From Trueperaceae bacterium (GTDB lineage Bacteria; Deinococcota; Deinococci; Deinococcales; Trueperaceae): DNA of 64,000 nt. The translations under genes and the position numbers were made by a program. The notes below the pieces were generated by a model that had not been told where the DNA came from, searched no databases, and saw only the letters and a list, made by a program, of their open reading frames with translations. Each line of letters starts with the position of its first letter. Position 1 is the first letter of the stretch. The stretch covers positions 1,664,001-1,728,000 of the forward strand of contig JAXHLW010000013.1 of assembly GCA_034521815.1 (NCBI GenBank), written 5' to 3'. Of this stretch, positions 1 through 8,997 are shown piece after piece.

Positions 1-1
1 C

Positions 2-214
2 TTCGGCGACGGGCCCGTGCCGACGGCGTTGGACAGGATCGTGGAGCGCTGCGCCGCTCACGGCGTGCCAGCAGGCGTGTTCTGTCGCTCGGCCCGCCAT
101 GCGCGCACGATGCTGGAGCGCGGCTTCCGCTTCGTCACGGCGGACAGCGATATGGGCTACGTGAAGGCGGGCGCGGCTGCGGCGCTGGCGACGGTGCGTG
201 GGGAGGACGGCTGA
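2..214 (+). CDS. HpcH/HpaI aldolase family protein, C-terminal part (5' end outside window)
   Basis: Open frame from the window edge: ...ALDRIVERCAAHGVPAGVF...MLERGFRFVTADSD, the typical HpcH/HpaI C-terminus. Confidence 0.7.
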   Translation, partial: FGDGPVPTALDRIVERCAAHGVPAGVFCRSARHARTMLERGFRFVTADSDMGYVKAGAAAALATVRGEDG

Positions 215-244
215 CCGCAAGGCCTACGGCAGCTTCGCTGCGCG

Positions 245-901
245 TCAGTCCGCGTCGGCCTCCAGCGCCGCGACCCGGCGTTCGAGCGCGTCCACCCGGT
301 CGAGGAGCTGCTGGACCAGCGGCGACGGTTCGGCGTCCGACGCGGTCGACGACGCCTCCGTGTCGGGCCCCCGATCGCTAGCGGCGCGCACGCGCGGCTG
401 CATCGCCGTCTCGTCGCTACCAAGCGTCTGCGTCCAACGATCCTGACTCTGGCCCGGCCGCCGGCCTCGGTTGCGGACGAGCGGCGTCGGTCGCTCGGCC
501 AGTCGCGCCAGCGTGGCGAGCACCGTGTCCACGTCGGGGAACTGGACGTACCGCTCGGTCCGGGTCCGCAGCTCGCCGGCCGTCTGCGATCCGCGCAGCA
601 TCAGGACCGCCATCAAGGCCGCTTCGCGCGCCGTGAGCGAAAGCGCGTCGGTGAAGCGTTGCCGGTGCTTCGGGACCCGCTCGCCGCTGGCGCGGACCGT
701 GGCGGCGAGTCCCCGGTCGCGTAGCTGCTGCAGTCCCTCCTCCACCTCTCTGAGGTGTAGATCCATGACCGGCTCGCGCGCGGTGCGCTGATTGCACGCC
801 GCGACCAGCGCTTGGGTCGAGAGCGGATAGGCGTCCGGGGTGGTGCGCTCCTTCTCGAGCAGAGAGCCCAGGACGCGGAGAGCGGGATCCGAGAGGGGCA
901 T
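245..901 (-). CDS. yceH: YceH/DUF480 family protein
   Basis: RVLGSLLEKERTTPDAYPLS..LVAACNQRTAREPVM, LMLRGSQTAGELRTRTER and a C-terminal coiled coil. TATCGT lies 7 nt before ATG 901 (leaderless). Confidence 0.85.
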   Translation of the reverse strand: MPLSDPALRVLGSLLEKERTTPDAYPLSTQALVAACNQRTAREPVMDLHLREVEEGLQQLRDRGLAATVRASGERVPKHRQRFTDALSLTAREAALMAVLMLRGSQTAGELRTRTERYVQFPDVDTVLATLARLAERPTPLVRNRGRRPGQSQDRWTQTLGSDETAMQPRVRAASDRGPDTEASSTASDAEPSPLVQQLLDRVDALERRVAALEADAD

Positions 902-952
902 GGGGGCGACGATAGGCCATTTCGCGCGGCGACGTCCGACCTGGGCGACGCC

Positions 953-1013
953 GCACGGGCGCAGCCCTGCACGAGCGCAGCCCCGCACGGGCGCGCGGCC
1001 GTACGGGGCTGGC
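953..1013. repeat. 16-bp imperfect tandem repeat overlapping a GC hairpin; possible terminator of the beta-helix gene
   Basis: GCACGGGCGCAGCCCT/GCACGAGCGCAGCCCC/GCACGGGCGC, plus stem CAGCCCCGCACGG...CCGTACGGGGCTG. Confidence 0.45.
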
Positions 1014-1039
1014 GTGAACGCTGACGACGGGCGTGCGCG

Positions 1040-2353
1040 TTACAGGTCGCAGACCACCCGGTTGCCGGTGCCTTCGTCGCGAACGGTGGCGGCGTCCGTG
1101 CACACGACCGTCGTATCCTGACTTCCCGGGCCCAGCACGATCATCGCCTCGCTGGCCGTCAACCCCGCGAAGTCGTTCGCCGCGACCAGCCACCTCGCGA
1201 CGGGCGGCGCGGGCTCGTCGTCCGGCGTGACGCCGATCGCGATCGCGGCGCGTGCGGAGCCCTGCATCACGTTGTCGTGCACGATCGCGCCGACGGTGTG
1301 CTGGCTGAGCACGCCCGTCGCGTCGCCGGACAGCTCGAACAGGTTGCCGCGAACGATGGCGCGGAGCGTATCGGCGCCCTCGGCCCCGTCGAGGCCCACG
1401 CCGAACCGTTCCGGCCCGCGAACCTCGTTTCCGTGGATCAGCATCGTGCTGAGCGCCTCGGGGACCGCCCACGAGCCTTGGATGACCTCGACGCCGATAT
1501 CGACGTCGTCCATCACGTTGCCGCGGATCTCGACCGTGGAGCCCGTCAGGTCCTGCGTGTCCATGCCGGCGATCAGATCCTCGTAGCGGTTGCCTGTGAC
1601 CAGCACCTGGGCGCCGATGAGGTTGAACAGCGGCGAGCCGTACGCGACGTGCCGGAACGTGCTGTCTCGGACCGTGAACGTGCCGCGCAGCGGTCGCGTC
1701 GGATTGCCCTCCTCGTCCGGCAGCAGGCCTTCGATGTAGACGCCGTTGATGATGTTGTACCCCTCGAACCCGCCGTCCGCTCCTTCGACGGTGATGCGCT
1801 CCAGGGTGGCGTCGGCGCGCTCGCCCGTGACCACCAGGCTGGACGCCATCACCGTGAACTCCATCCCGAACAGCGTCCACGGGTGGGCGGGCTCAGGCGC
1901 CGCCATCCGGAACGTCAGGTCCGACACGGTGACGTCGCCCCCCACGAACGTGACGTGGAACGGCCAGGGATTCTCGGGCGAGGGCGGCCGGCCGATCGCC
2001 ACCTCGTCCTGCGACACGGTGAACCGCTCGAACGGCTCGAGGACCGTCACGTCCTGGCCGGCGCCCCGGAACGTGCCACGGAAGTCGTGCACGAGCAGCT
2101 GCTGGGTTCGGAACGTGCCTTCGCCCAGCGCGACGGTGCAGTCCGGACCGAACGTGACGCAGGCGTCCAGGGCGGCCTGCACGGCGGCGGTGTCGTCACC
2201 GCCGCTGGGCTCCAGGGCGATCGTGCGCGTCTGGGCGTCGACGCGCTGGGCGAAGGCGGGAGCGGTCGAGAGGGCGAGCAGAGCGAGGCAGACGACGACG
2301 AGGAGCGGACGGAGACGGCGGACCGAGGGGGACGGGAACGGCGGGCGAGACAC
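1040..2353 (-). CDS. Secreted right-handed parallel beta-helix (pectin lyase fold) protein
   Basis: Signal peptide ending PAFAQ, an N-terminal GGDDTAAVQAALD motif and repeated 'V/I-x-GN-x-F/V' strands. GGAGG lies 8 nt before GTG 2353. Confidence 0.75.
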   Translation of the reverse strand: MSRPPFPSPSVRRLRPLLVVVCLALLALSTAPAFAQRVDAQTRTIALEPSGGDDTAAVQAALDACVTFGPDCTVALGEGTFRTQQLLVHDFRGTFRGAGQDVTVLEPFERFTVSQDEVAIGRPPSPENPWPFHVTFVGGDVTVSDLTFRMAAPEPAHPWTLFGMEFTVMASSLVVTGERADATLERITVEGADGGFEGYNIINGVYIEGLLPDEEGNPTRPLRGTFTVRDSTFRHVAYGSPLFNLIGAQVLVTGNRYEDLIAGMDTQDLTGSTVEIRGNVMDDVDIGVEVIQGSWAVPEALSTMLIHGNEVRGPERFGVGLDGAEGADTLRAIVRGNLFELSGDATGVLSQHTVGAIVHDNVMQGSARAAIAIGVTPDDEPAPPVARWLVAANDFAGLTASEAMIVLGPGSQDTTVVCTDAATVRDEGTGNRVVCDL

Positions 2354-2372
2354 ATCGATCACCTCCGGGACG

Positions 2373-2404
2373 ACGCTAGTCGGACCGGCGTTACGCCCGC
2401 GTTA
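2373..2404 (-). promoter_or_regulatory. Direct-repeat activator box plus -10 element: TAACG-N6-TAACG-N10-TAGCGT
   Basis: Read directly on the minus strand; same geometry at four other sites. Confidence 0.65.
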
Positions 2405-2506
2405 GGTCGATCGGCGAAGAAGCGCGGCAAGAAGAAGCGCGGCAAAAGGTGCCGACCGCGCTCTGTTCGATGGCGTGGAAGGATCGTCGCGACGCGCATC
2501 CGACGA

Positions 2507-2538
2507 TAACGGTCGCATCACGGTCGCCGGGCAATGCT
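2507..2538 (+). promoter_or_regulatory. Direct-repeat activator box plus -10 element: TAACG-N6-TCACG-N10-AATGCT
   Basis: 11-bp direct repeat ATAACGGTCGC/ATCACGGTCGC upstream of the secreted protein at 2594. Confidence 0.6.
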
Positions 2539-2593
2539 TGGCCAGTACGCCGTCGGTCCTCTACCCCTCGTCCCTCGCGAACGGAGCTCCTCG

Positions 2594-3106
2594 ATGCGCC
2601 GAAACGCCCTGCCTCTCATTCTGATTGCCTTCCTTCTGACCGCCGCGGCCCTCGCCCAGGACGTCCAGTACGCCGTCGCCTTCGAGTCCGTCGGCGGCGA
2701 CCCCGTCGCCAGCGACAGCTTCGCGTCCGGCGACGTGGTGGTCCTGCGCGTCGATCTCCACAACGGAAGCGACGCTGCGTTGGAGCCGGGCGCCTTCTGG
2801 GTGGCGTTCCCGCCGGTCGAGGGCGCGACCCTGTTCGGCAACTCCGGTGGTGGATTCAGCTTCCCCGATCGCATGGTCGATGCGGACGGCCAGGACGTGA
2901 TGGTCGACTGGGGTGGCGGAGCGGGCCTGACGCAGCTCCACGAGCTGTCCGACCCGCTCGCGCCGGGCGACACCGCGTCGCTGGTCCTCCAGGTCACCGT
3001 CCTGTCGTCGCGCAACTCGCTGGACGACCTCCTGAGCGAGACGCGTCTTCTGAACGCTGCCGACGAGCCGCTCGGCACGCTGGTGGACGAGGTGACGGTG
3101 CGCTGA
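2594..3106 (+). CDS. Secreted hypothetical protein, probable Ig-like beta-sandwich
   Basis: MRRNALPLILIAFLLTAAALAQ signal peptide, GGAG upstream, and a beta-rich LAPGDTASLVLQVTV motif. Confidence 0.65.
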   Translation: MRRNALPLILIAFLLTAAALAQDVQYAVAFESVGGDPVASDSFASGDVVVLRVDLHNGSDAALEPGAFWVAFPPVEGATLFGNSGGGFSFPDRMVDADGQDVMVDWGGGAGLTQLHELSDPLAPGDTASLVLQVTVLSSRNSLDDLLSETRLLNAADEPLGTLVDEVTVR

Positions 3107-3153
3107 AGCGTGCCCTGAGGGACAGGTCGCGCCGCATGCCGGTCGGCGCGTCC

Positions 3154-3678
3154 TCAGCGCTTTCGGGCCGCCGCGGCGTAGATGTCGCGGGGTCCGTACC
3201 GCGACCGCGTCCGTCCCACCTCGCGCACGTCGACGAGCCCGAGGGTTCGCGCGAGCTCCGCGAAGCGCGCGAACGAGACCGGATGCGGGATCCACGGCGT
3301 GCCGCGGTCCAGGTCGTACTCCACGAGCAGGAGCGTGCCGGTGGACCGGACACGCTCGAGAACCGGACGGAGGACGGTCTCCGCGTCGCGCGCGAAGTGA
3401 AGCGCGTTGGCCATCGAGACGCCGTCCAGGAGCGGCAACGCCAGGGGCTTCGCGAAATCGGCGCGGAGCGCGCGGATCTCCGCGCTCTTCGCGCCCGCGT
3501 CGCGCCCAAGGGCGTTCACGCTCGCCTGCCGATCCACGGCGATCACGACGCCCGCCTCGCCCAGAAGATCGGCCAGCGCGCGCGTGAACACGCCGCTGCC
3601 CGCTCCCAGGTCCGCCCAGGTGCCGCCCGACGACGGAACGCCGTCCCGGATCAGCGCCACGGCGTCTTCGTGGGTCAC
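3154..3678 (-). CDS. Class I SAM-dependent methyltransferase
   Basis: WADLGAGSGVFT motif I, VIAVD, and LDGVSMANALHF. Confidence 0.8.
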   Translation of the reverse strand: MTHEDAVALIRDGVPSSGGTWADLGAGSGVFTRALADLLGEAGVVIAVDRQASVNALGRDAGAKSAEIRALRADFAKPLALPLLDGVSMANALHFARDAETVLRPVLERVRSTGTLLLVEYDLDRGTPWIPHPVSFARFAELARTLGLVDVREVGRTRSRYGPRDIYAAAARKR

Positions 3679-3700
3679 GACGCGGCCCCTGGAACCGTCG

Positions 3701-4906
3701 TCACGTTCCGTTCCCGTCGCGGTCGCTGCGCCACGGCTGCGCCGTGCCGTACGTGAGGCTCCGCCACGCCCACTCCGCAGGCCCGAACCGGAATCGCTGG
3801 AGCCACCAGCGAGCGGCCACGACCTGGACGGCGAACAGGCCCAGCGCGATCGGAAGGCCCACGGTGGGGCCGACACGGCCGTAGAGGCCGAGCCCGTAGC
3901 CGTAGAACAGGAGCGTCATGACGATCGACTGGCTCAGGTAGACCGTGAGCGCCATCCGGCCTGCGGCCGCGAGCGCGCGCTCGATCCCGACCGCCCAGCC
4001 GGGCCGACGCGGCGCCGTGAACGCCAACGTGGCGAGGCCGAGGTACGCGAAGCCCAGGACGGGTCCGCCGAGCGAGGTCGACAGCACCAGCCGGAACGTC
4101 TCCCCCTCCCCCAGCAGGCGCGAGGCGTAGATCGCCTTGAGCGCGAGGCCGACGGGGAGCGCCACCGCGACGCCCCTGCGCCATGCGCGCCGCACGTCCT
4201 CCGAGGCGCCGGCGCGCTCGAACGCACGGCTCTTGGCCAGCGCCGCGCCGATCAGGAAGAGGCCCAGCACCGAGGGGAGATACGCGACGGCGGACGCCAC
4301 GACGTCCACTCCCTGCTCCAGCCGCGCCCCAAGGATCTGTCCGAACCCACCGTTCTGGTAGAGCTCCACCCACGGGTGCGGGCTGGAGGATGCGGGATCA
4401 CCGCCGGAGGTCGCGCCGAGGAAGAGCAGGACGCCCACCACCCACGAGCCTGCGCCCGCTAGCGCCAAGCCGCGGGCCCGCACGGTCGCGAAGGGGAGCA
4501 GCACGAACCCGATCAGCGCGTACTGCGTCAGGATGTCGCCGACCCAGACGCCGAACAGGTGCACCGCGCCGATGACGAGGAGCCACCCCAGCCGCCGGGC
4601 GAATCGCGGCGTGGCGTCGTCGCCCCGGTCGCGGATCCAGCGTCCGAAGCCCCAGCCGAACAAGACGCTGAAGATGGTGTAGAACGCGCCCTCGGCGAGG
4701 ACGAGGACGCCCCACTCGAGCCAGCGATCCGCACCCGACCACCACGTCAGCGGTTCGGCGTACAGGAACGACGGTCCGCTGAACGCCAGGAGGTTGACGA
4801 TCAGGATTCCGAACAGCGCCACGCCCCGCAGCGCGTCGACGTGCATGAGCCGGTCGCGGCCGCGCACGGGGCGGCCTGGCGTCGTCGCCGTGGTCGGCGG
4901 AGTCAC
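3701..4906 (-). CDS. DUF418 (YeiB-like) multi-pass membrane protein
   Basis: DALRGVALFGILIVN, FYTIFSVLFGWG, GRMALTVYLSQS and WLQRFRFGPAEWAWRSLTY. GTG 4906 lies 6 nt after TACGCT (alternative ATG at 4930). Confidence 0.88.
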   Translation of the reverse strand: MTPPTTATTPGRPVRGRDRLMHVDALRGVALFGILIVNLLAFSGPSFLYAEPLTWWSGADRWLEWGVLVLAEGAFYTIFSVLFGWGFGRWIRDRGDDATPRFARRLGWLLVIGAVHLFGVWVGDILTQYALIGFVLLPFATVRARGLALAGAGSWVVGVLLFLGATSGGDPASSSPHPWVELYQNGGFGQILGARLEQGVDVVASAVAYLPSVLGLFLIGAALAKSRAFERAGASEDVRRAWRRGVAVALPVGLALKAIYASRLLGEGETFRLVLSTSLGGPVLGFAYLGLATLAFTAPRRPGWAVGIERALAAAGRMALTVYLSQSIVMTLLFYGYGLGLYGRVGPTVGLPIALGLFAVQVVAARWWLQRFRFGPAEWAWRSLTYGTAQPWRSDRDGNGT

Positions 4907-5019
4907 CGGAGCAGCGTAGCGTCCATCCATGGGCGCGCTCGTGTCGCGCCGCCGGACGCCGAGATCCAGCTTCGCGGAGAGACGGTTTGGAGGGGCGGCT
5001 CCCGAGCGTTGGCCGCGTG

Positions 5020-5049
5020 TTGCCAGGCGTGGGGCGATCCCCCTAAACT
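5020..5049 (+). promoter_or_regulatory. Sigma70-type promoter TTGCCA-N18-TAAACT of the SARP regulator, probably leaderless
   Basis: The -10 lies 5 nt before ATG 5055 and there is no Shine-Dalgarno. Confidence 0.55.
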
Positions 5050-5054
5050 CGTTC

Positions 5055-8000
5055 ATGGGTCCGTACGTGGTACTGCTCGGCACTCCTTCGATCGAGCGCC
5101 ACGGGAAGCGCATCGAGCTGCCGCCGGGCAAGCTCTCGGCGCTCCTCCTCTACCTCGCCTACGGGACGGGGTGGGCGAGCCGCGACGAGGTGCTCTACCT
5201 CCTCTACCCCGACATGGACGAGCGCCGGGCGCGGGGCAACCTGCGGCCCCTCCTCACCCGGCTGCGGCGCCTGCCCTACGCCGAAGGGCTCGAGATCGAG
5301 CCGACGCGGCTACGGTGGGAGGTCCACACGGACGTCGCCGCATTCCGCGAGGCACTGCGCCTTGATGCGCCGGCGCATGCCGTGGAGCTCTACGGAGGCG
5401 AGCTGTTGGCGGGGTTCCACCTCCCCAACGCACCGGAGTACGAGAGCTGGCTGACGTTCGAGCGGACGGATCTGCGGGAGGCGTGGCGCCGGGCGTCGCT
5501 CGACGTCGCCGCCCGGCTCGAGGAGGACGGACGCGCCGAGGAGGCCGCCGGCGTCCTGGACCGGTTGCAGAAGGACGATCCGCTCGACGAGGAGGTGGTC
5601 CGCCGGTCACTGACGGCGTTGGCTCGTGCGGACCGGCCGAACGACGCGGTGCGCGCGTACGGAGCCTTCGAGCTCCGTCTGCGACGGGAGGTGGACGGGG
5701 AGCCCGAGGAGGCGACGCGCGCGATCGTGCAGGAGATCCGGAGCGGTGGGACGCCCGGAGGCCCGGCCGCCGCGCGGGCGGCGCCACGCCGGCCGCCCGC
5801 GGTCCTACCCACGCCGCCGACCGAGTTCATCGGGCGGGAGCGGGAGGTGGCCGAGATCAGCGGACGGCTGCGCGATCCCGCCTGCCGCTTGCTGTCGATC
5901 GTCGCCGCCGGCGGGATGGGCAAGACCCGAGTGGCGGCCGAGGTGGCGCGCCGTCTCGCGGACGACCATCACGACGGCGTCTTCTTCGTGGCCCTCGAGG
6001 CGGCGAGATCGGCCGGGCAAGCCGTGACCGCCGTCGCCGACGCCATGGCGCTAGCGTTCTTCGGGCCGCGCACCCCGCTCGACCAGCTCCTCGACCACCT
6101 CGCGGACAAGCGCCTGCTCCTCGTGCTGGACAACTTCGAGCACCTCCTCGACGACCCCGAGGGCACGGAGCTGGTGACGGGCCTGCTGGCGCGGGCCCCG
6201 GGCGCGAGCGTGCTGACCACCTCGCGCGAGCGCCTGAACCTGCGGGCCGAGTGGGTCCACGACCTCGACCCCATGGAGCTCCCTGGAAACGAAGACGCGC
6301 AACGCGACGCCGACGCGGTCGTTCTCTTCCTGCAGTCGGCGCTGCGGGCGGGCGTGGACGCCGAGCCGGACCTTCCCGACGTCGTCCGGGTGTGTCGTCT
6401 CACGGGCGGCATGCCGCTCGCCCTGGAGCTGGCGGCGAGCTGGCTGCGGGCCCTCACCGTCGCGGAGATCGCCGAGGAGCTCGGCGGCGGCATCGGCCTG
6501 CTCGCGTCGCCCCTGCGCGACCTGCCCGAGCGGCACCACAGCCTGCGCGGCATGTTCGACGCGTCCTGGCGGCGACTCTCGGAGCGGGAGCGAGGGGCCC
6601 TGCGGCGACTGGCGACGTTCCACGGGGGATTCCGACGGGAGGCGGCGCAGGCCGTGGCGGACGTGAGCCTGCCGCTCCTGCTCACGCTGGCCAACCGGTC
6701 GTTCCTGCGACGGGACGGGACCGGCCGGTTCACGCAGCACCCGCTCATGTGGCAGTACCTCCGAGACGCGGCCCTAGAGGACGAGGCGACCCGCGACACG
6801 GCCGCCCGACACGCCGCCTACTACGCCGCCTTCCTGCATGAGCGCGAGGCGGGCCTGCGCGGCCTCGAAGCACGACGAGTACGTGACGAGATCGGCAGCG
6901 AGCTGCCGAACGTGCGCGCCGCGTGGGCGTGGGCGATCGCCGCGGAGCGGGAGGACCTCCTCGACCTGGCGGCGGAGGGACTCTACATCTACTGCAACGA
7001 CGAGGGTCGCTACCACGAGTCCGAAGCCCTCTTCGCGGCGGGGGTCGACGCCGTCGGCGCCGCCGGGCGAGTGGCGGGGCGGCTCCGCCTCTTCCTGGGG
7101 GGCGCCCACAATTTCCTCGCACGGCCGGACCTCGTGATTCCTGGACTCGAGAAGGCCTCGGCCGTGCTCGCGACCGCGGGCGCGAAACGCGACGAAGCCA
7201 TGGCGCAGATACTCCTGTGGTCCGGCTACTGGATGGCGGACCGCCCGTTCGAGACGTCCGCGTCCGCCGCCCGGCGGGCCCTGCGGCTCTTCGCCGAGGC
7301 GGGCGACCGGGCGGGCGAGGCGGAGGTGATCGGCCTGCTGGCCGAATACACCGAGGATCCGGTCGCCGCGGAGGAGGAGTTCCGGGCCAGCCTGCGCGGG
7401 TTCGAGGCGTCCGGGGCGTGCTTCGCCGTCCTGGGCGGGGTCAGCTTGACCCTGAGCAACTACGCGCTCTTCCTCGGCCAGGTCCACGGCGCGTACGGCC
7501 GCGCTCACGCACTGCTCGACGAGGCCGTCCGCGTGGCACGGCTCCGCGCGGAGCCCTACAGCGTCGCCTGGTACCTCAACAACCAGGCGCACACGCTGAT
7601 CGAAGCGGGATCCTGGGACGAGGCGGCGCGACGGCTCCTCGAGGCGCGCACCGCCGCCGAAGGGCTCGCCTCCGGCTGGGGAACCTGGACGCTCGTCGAC
7701 GCGTTGTACGGATCGGGGCGGATCGCGCTCCTGCGCGGCGAGCACGCCGACGCGAGGCGCCATTTGACCCGCGCGCAGGAGCGGATCGCGACGCACGGGG
7801 ATCCGTTGGGAACGGGAGGCCAGATTCGCGTCGCTCTGGCAGATCTCGCGCTCGCGGAGGGTCGCCCCGACGAGGCCGAGGAGCAGGGCGAGGAGGCGCT
7901 GAGGCACTTCCTCACGCTCGGGCTCCAGAGCGGCATCCGCGAGTGGGGCAAGGCGGACTGCCTCGTCCGGCTCGGCTCGGTCGGCCTCGCGCAGAAGCAT

Positions 8001-8303
8001 GCGTCCGCCGCGGCCGAGCGCTTCGACGCGGCGCTCGCGATCGTCGAGCGCTGGCACCTGCTGCCCCTCGCGCTGCAGCTCGCCGTGGCGGTCGCCCCGT
8101 TCCTCCGCGCGGCTGACCGGGCCACCGAGCACGAGCGCCTCCTGCACCTCGCAGCGGCCTGTCCCGCCAGCACCCGCGAGACGCGGGAGGCCGCGGCGCG
8201 CGCGCTGGGGCGACCCACCGTGGCTGCGGGGCCCGACGAGCCCACCCTTCTCGGTCCCCTCATCGCGGAGCTTCGCGAGGTCGTGCGGGCGATGCGACGG
8301 TGA
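5055..8303 (+). CDS. AfsR/SARP-like regulator: wHTH + BTAD + STAND (NB-ARC-like) ATPase + TPR
   Basis: ALLLYLA..SRDEVLYLLYPD..ARGNLR; BTAD region LYGGELLAGF..ESWL..DPLDE; Walker A AGGMGKT, Walker B LLVLDNFE, GGMPLALELAA; helical repeats. Confidence 0.9.
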   Translation: MGPYVVLLGTPSIERHGKRIELPPGKLSALLLYLAYGTGWASRDEVLYLLYPDMDERRARGNLRPLLTRLRRLPYAEGLEIEPTRLRWEVHTDVAAFREALRLDAPAHAVELYGGELLAGFHLPNAPEYESWLTFERTDLREAWRRASLDVAARLEEDGRAEEAAGVLDRLQKDDPLDEEVVRRSLTALARADRPNDAVRAYGAFELRLRREVDGEPEEATRAIVQEIRSGGTPGGPAAARAAPRRPPAVLPTPPTEFIGREREVAEISGRLRDPACRLLSIVAAGGMGKTRVAAEVARRLADDHHDGVFFVALEAARSAGQAVTAVADAMALAFFGPRTPLDQLLDHLADKRLLLVLDNFEHLLDDPEGTELVTGLLARAPGASVLTTSRERLNLRAEWVHDLDPMELPGNEDAQRDADAVVLFLQSALRAGVDAEPDLPDVVRVCRLTGGMPLALELAASWLRALTVAEIAEELGGGIGLLASPLRDLPERHHSLRGMFDASWRRLSERERGALRRLATFHGGFRREAAQAVADVSLPLLLTLANRSFLRRDGTGRFTQHPLMWQYLRDAALEDEATRDTAARHAAYYAAFLHEREAGLRGLEARRVRDEIGSELPNVRAAWAWAIAAEREDLLDLAAEGLYIYCNDEGRYHESEALFAAGVDAVGAAGRVAGRLRLFLGGAHNFLARPDLVIPGLEKASAVLATAGAKRDEAMAQILLWSGYWMADRPFETSASAARRALRLFAEAGDRAGEAEVIGLLAEYTEDPVAAEEEFRASLRGFEASGACFAVLGGVSLTLSNYALFLGQVHGAYGRAHALLDEAVRVARLRAEPYSVAWYLNNQAHTLIEAGSWDEAARRLLEARTAAEGLASGWGTWTLVDALYGSGRIALLRGEHADARRHLTRAQERIATHGDPLGTGGQIRVALADLALAEGRPDEAEEQGEEALRHFLTLGLQSGIREWGKADCLVRLGSVGLAQKHASAAAERFDAALAIVERWHLLPLALQLAVAVAPFLRAADRATEHERLLHLAAACPASTRETREAAARALGRPTVAAGPDEPTLLGPLIAELREVVRAMRR

Positions 8304-8497
8304 GGCCGGCCTGCTCGCCCGGATCGTTCCCGACGTAGCGCCGAGCACCCTCGACATCCTCGACGTGCCTAACCGTTGGCCTTACCACCCGCGCGATTTC
8401 CCGAACCTTTGGGGGTCGAGTATGCTACCGTTCGGTCAAGCATCAATGCATATTCTCTAGCGTACTTGCAACGGGTCGAGATGCGTGAGGAGGAGCT

Positions 8498-8986
8498 ATG
8501 AAGGTGATCAGTCGTCGCAGCGTCTTGAAGGCTGGGGTCGCAGGTGCCGTTTTCGTGGCGCTGGGCCCCTCCTTCGCCCAGGAGTATCCCGAAGACTATC
8601 CGCTGACGGTCATCGGCAACGCCAACGATCTGGAGGTCGGACAGGCGGTCTACTTCACGTATCCCGACGGGCAGTCGCAGGGCATCTTGGTCAAGCTCGG
8701 CCAGGAGGCGCTCGCGGGGGTCGGTCCGGAGCGCGACATCGTCGCCTACTCCGCCGCGTGCACCCACATGGGCTGCGGCGTGCAGTTCAAACAAGGGCGC
8801 TTCGTCTGCCCCTGCCACAACTCGATGTTCGATCCGGCCGTGAACGGCCAGGTCTATCAGGGGCTGGCCACGACGTACCTGCCTCAGATCGGCCTCGCGC
8901 TCGACGAGGGAACCGGTGATCTTTCGGCGGCGTTCGTCGAAGGGGTCATCTGGGGCCGCGTCGACAACGTGCTTCCCCAGGATTAA
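8498..8986 (+). CDS. aioB: Arsenite oxidase small (Rieske 2Fe-2S) subunit with Tat signal
   Basis: SRRSVLK twin-arginine leader, GVGPERDIVAYS, CTHMGC and CPCH. Strong GAGGAG RBS; lies directly upstream of aioA. Confidence 0.93.
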   Translation: MKVISRRSVLKAGVAGAVFVALGPSFAQEYPEDYPLTVIGNANDLEVGQAVYFTYPDGQSQGILVKLGQEALAGVGPERDIVAYSAACTHMGCGVQFKQGRFVCPCHNSMFDPAVNGQVYQGLATTYLPQIGLALDEGTGDLSAAFVEGVIWGRVDNVLPQD

Positions 8987-8997
8987 GGAGCGCTGCG

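Noticed and set aside
5055-8303. Avs-type anti-phage STAND defence protein
   Set aside because: The N-terminus is wHTH-BTAD (transcriptional activator), not a nuclease, TIR or SIR2 effector, and there is no defence-island context.
8304-8497. TAACG activator box in the aioB promoter
   Set aside because: TAACC...TACCA near 8370 has 13-bp spacing and is not 10 bp from a -10 element.
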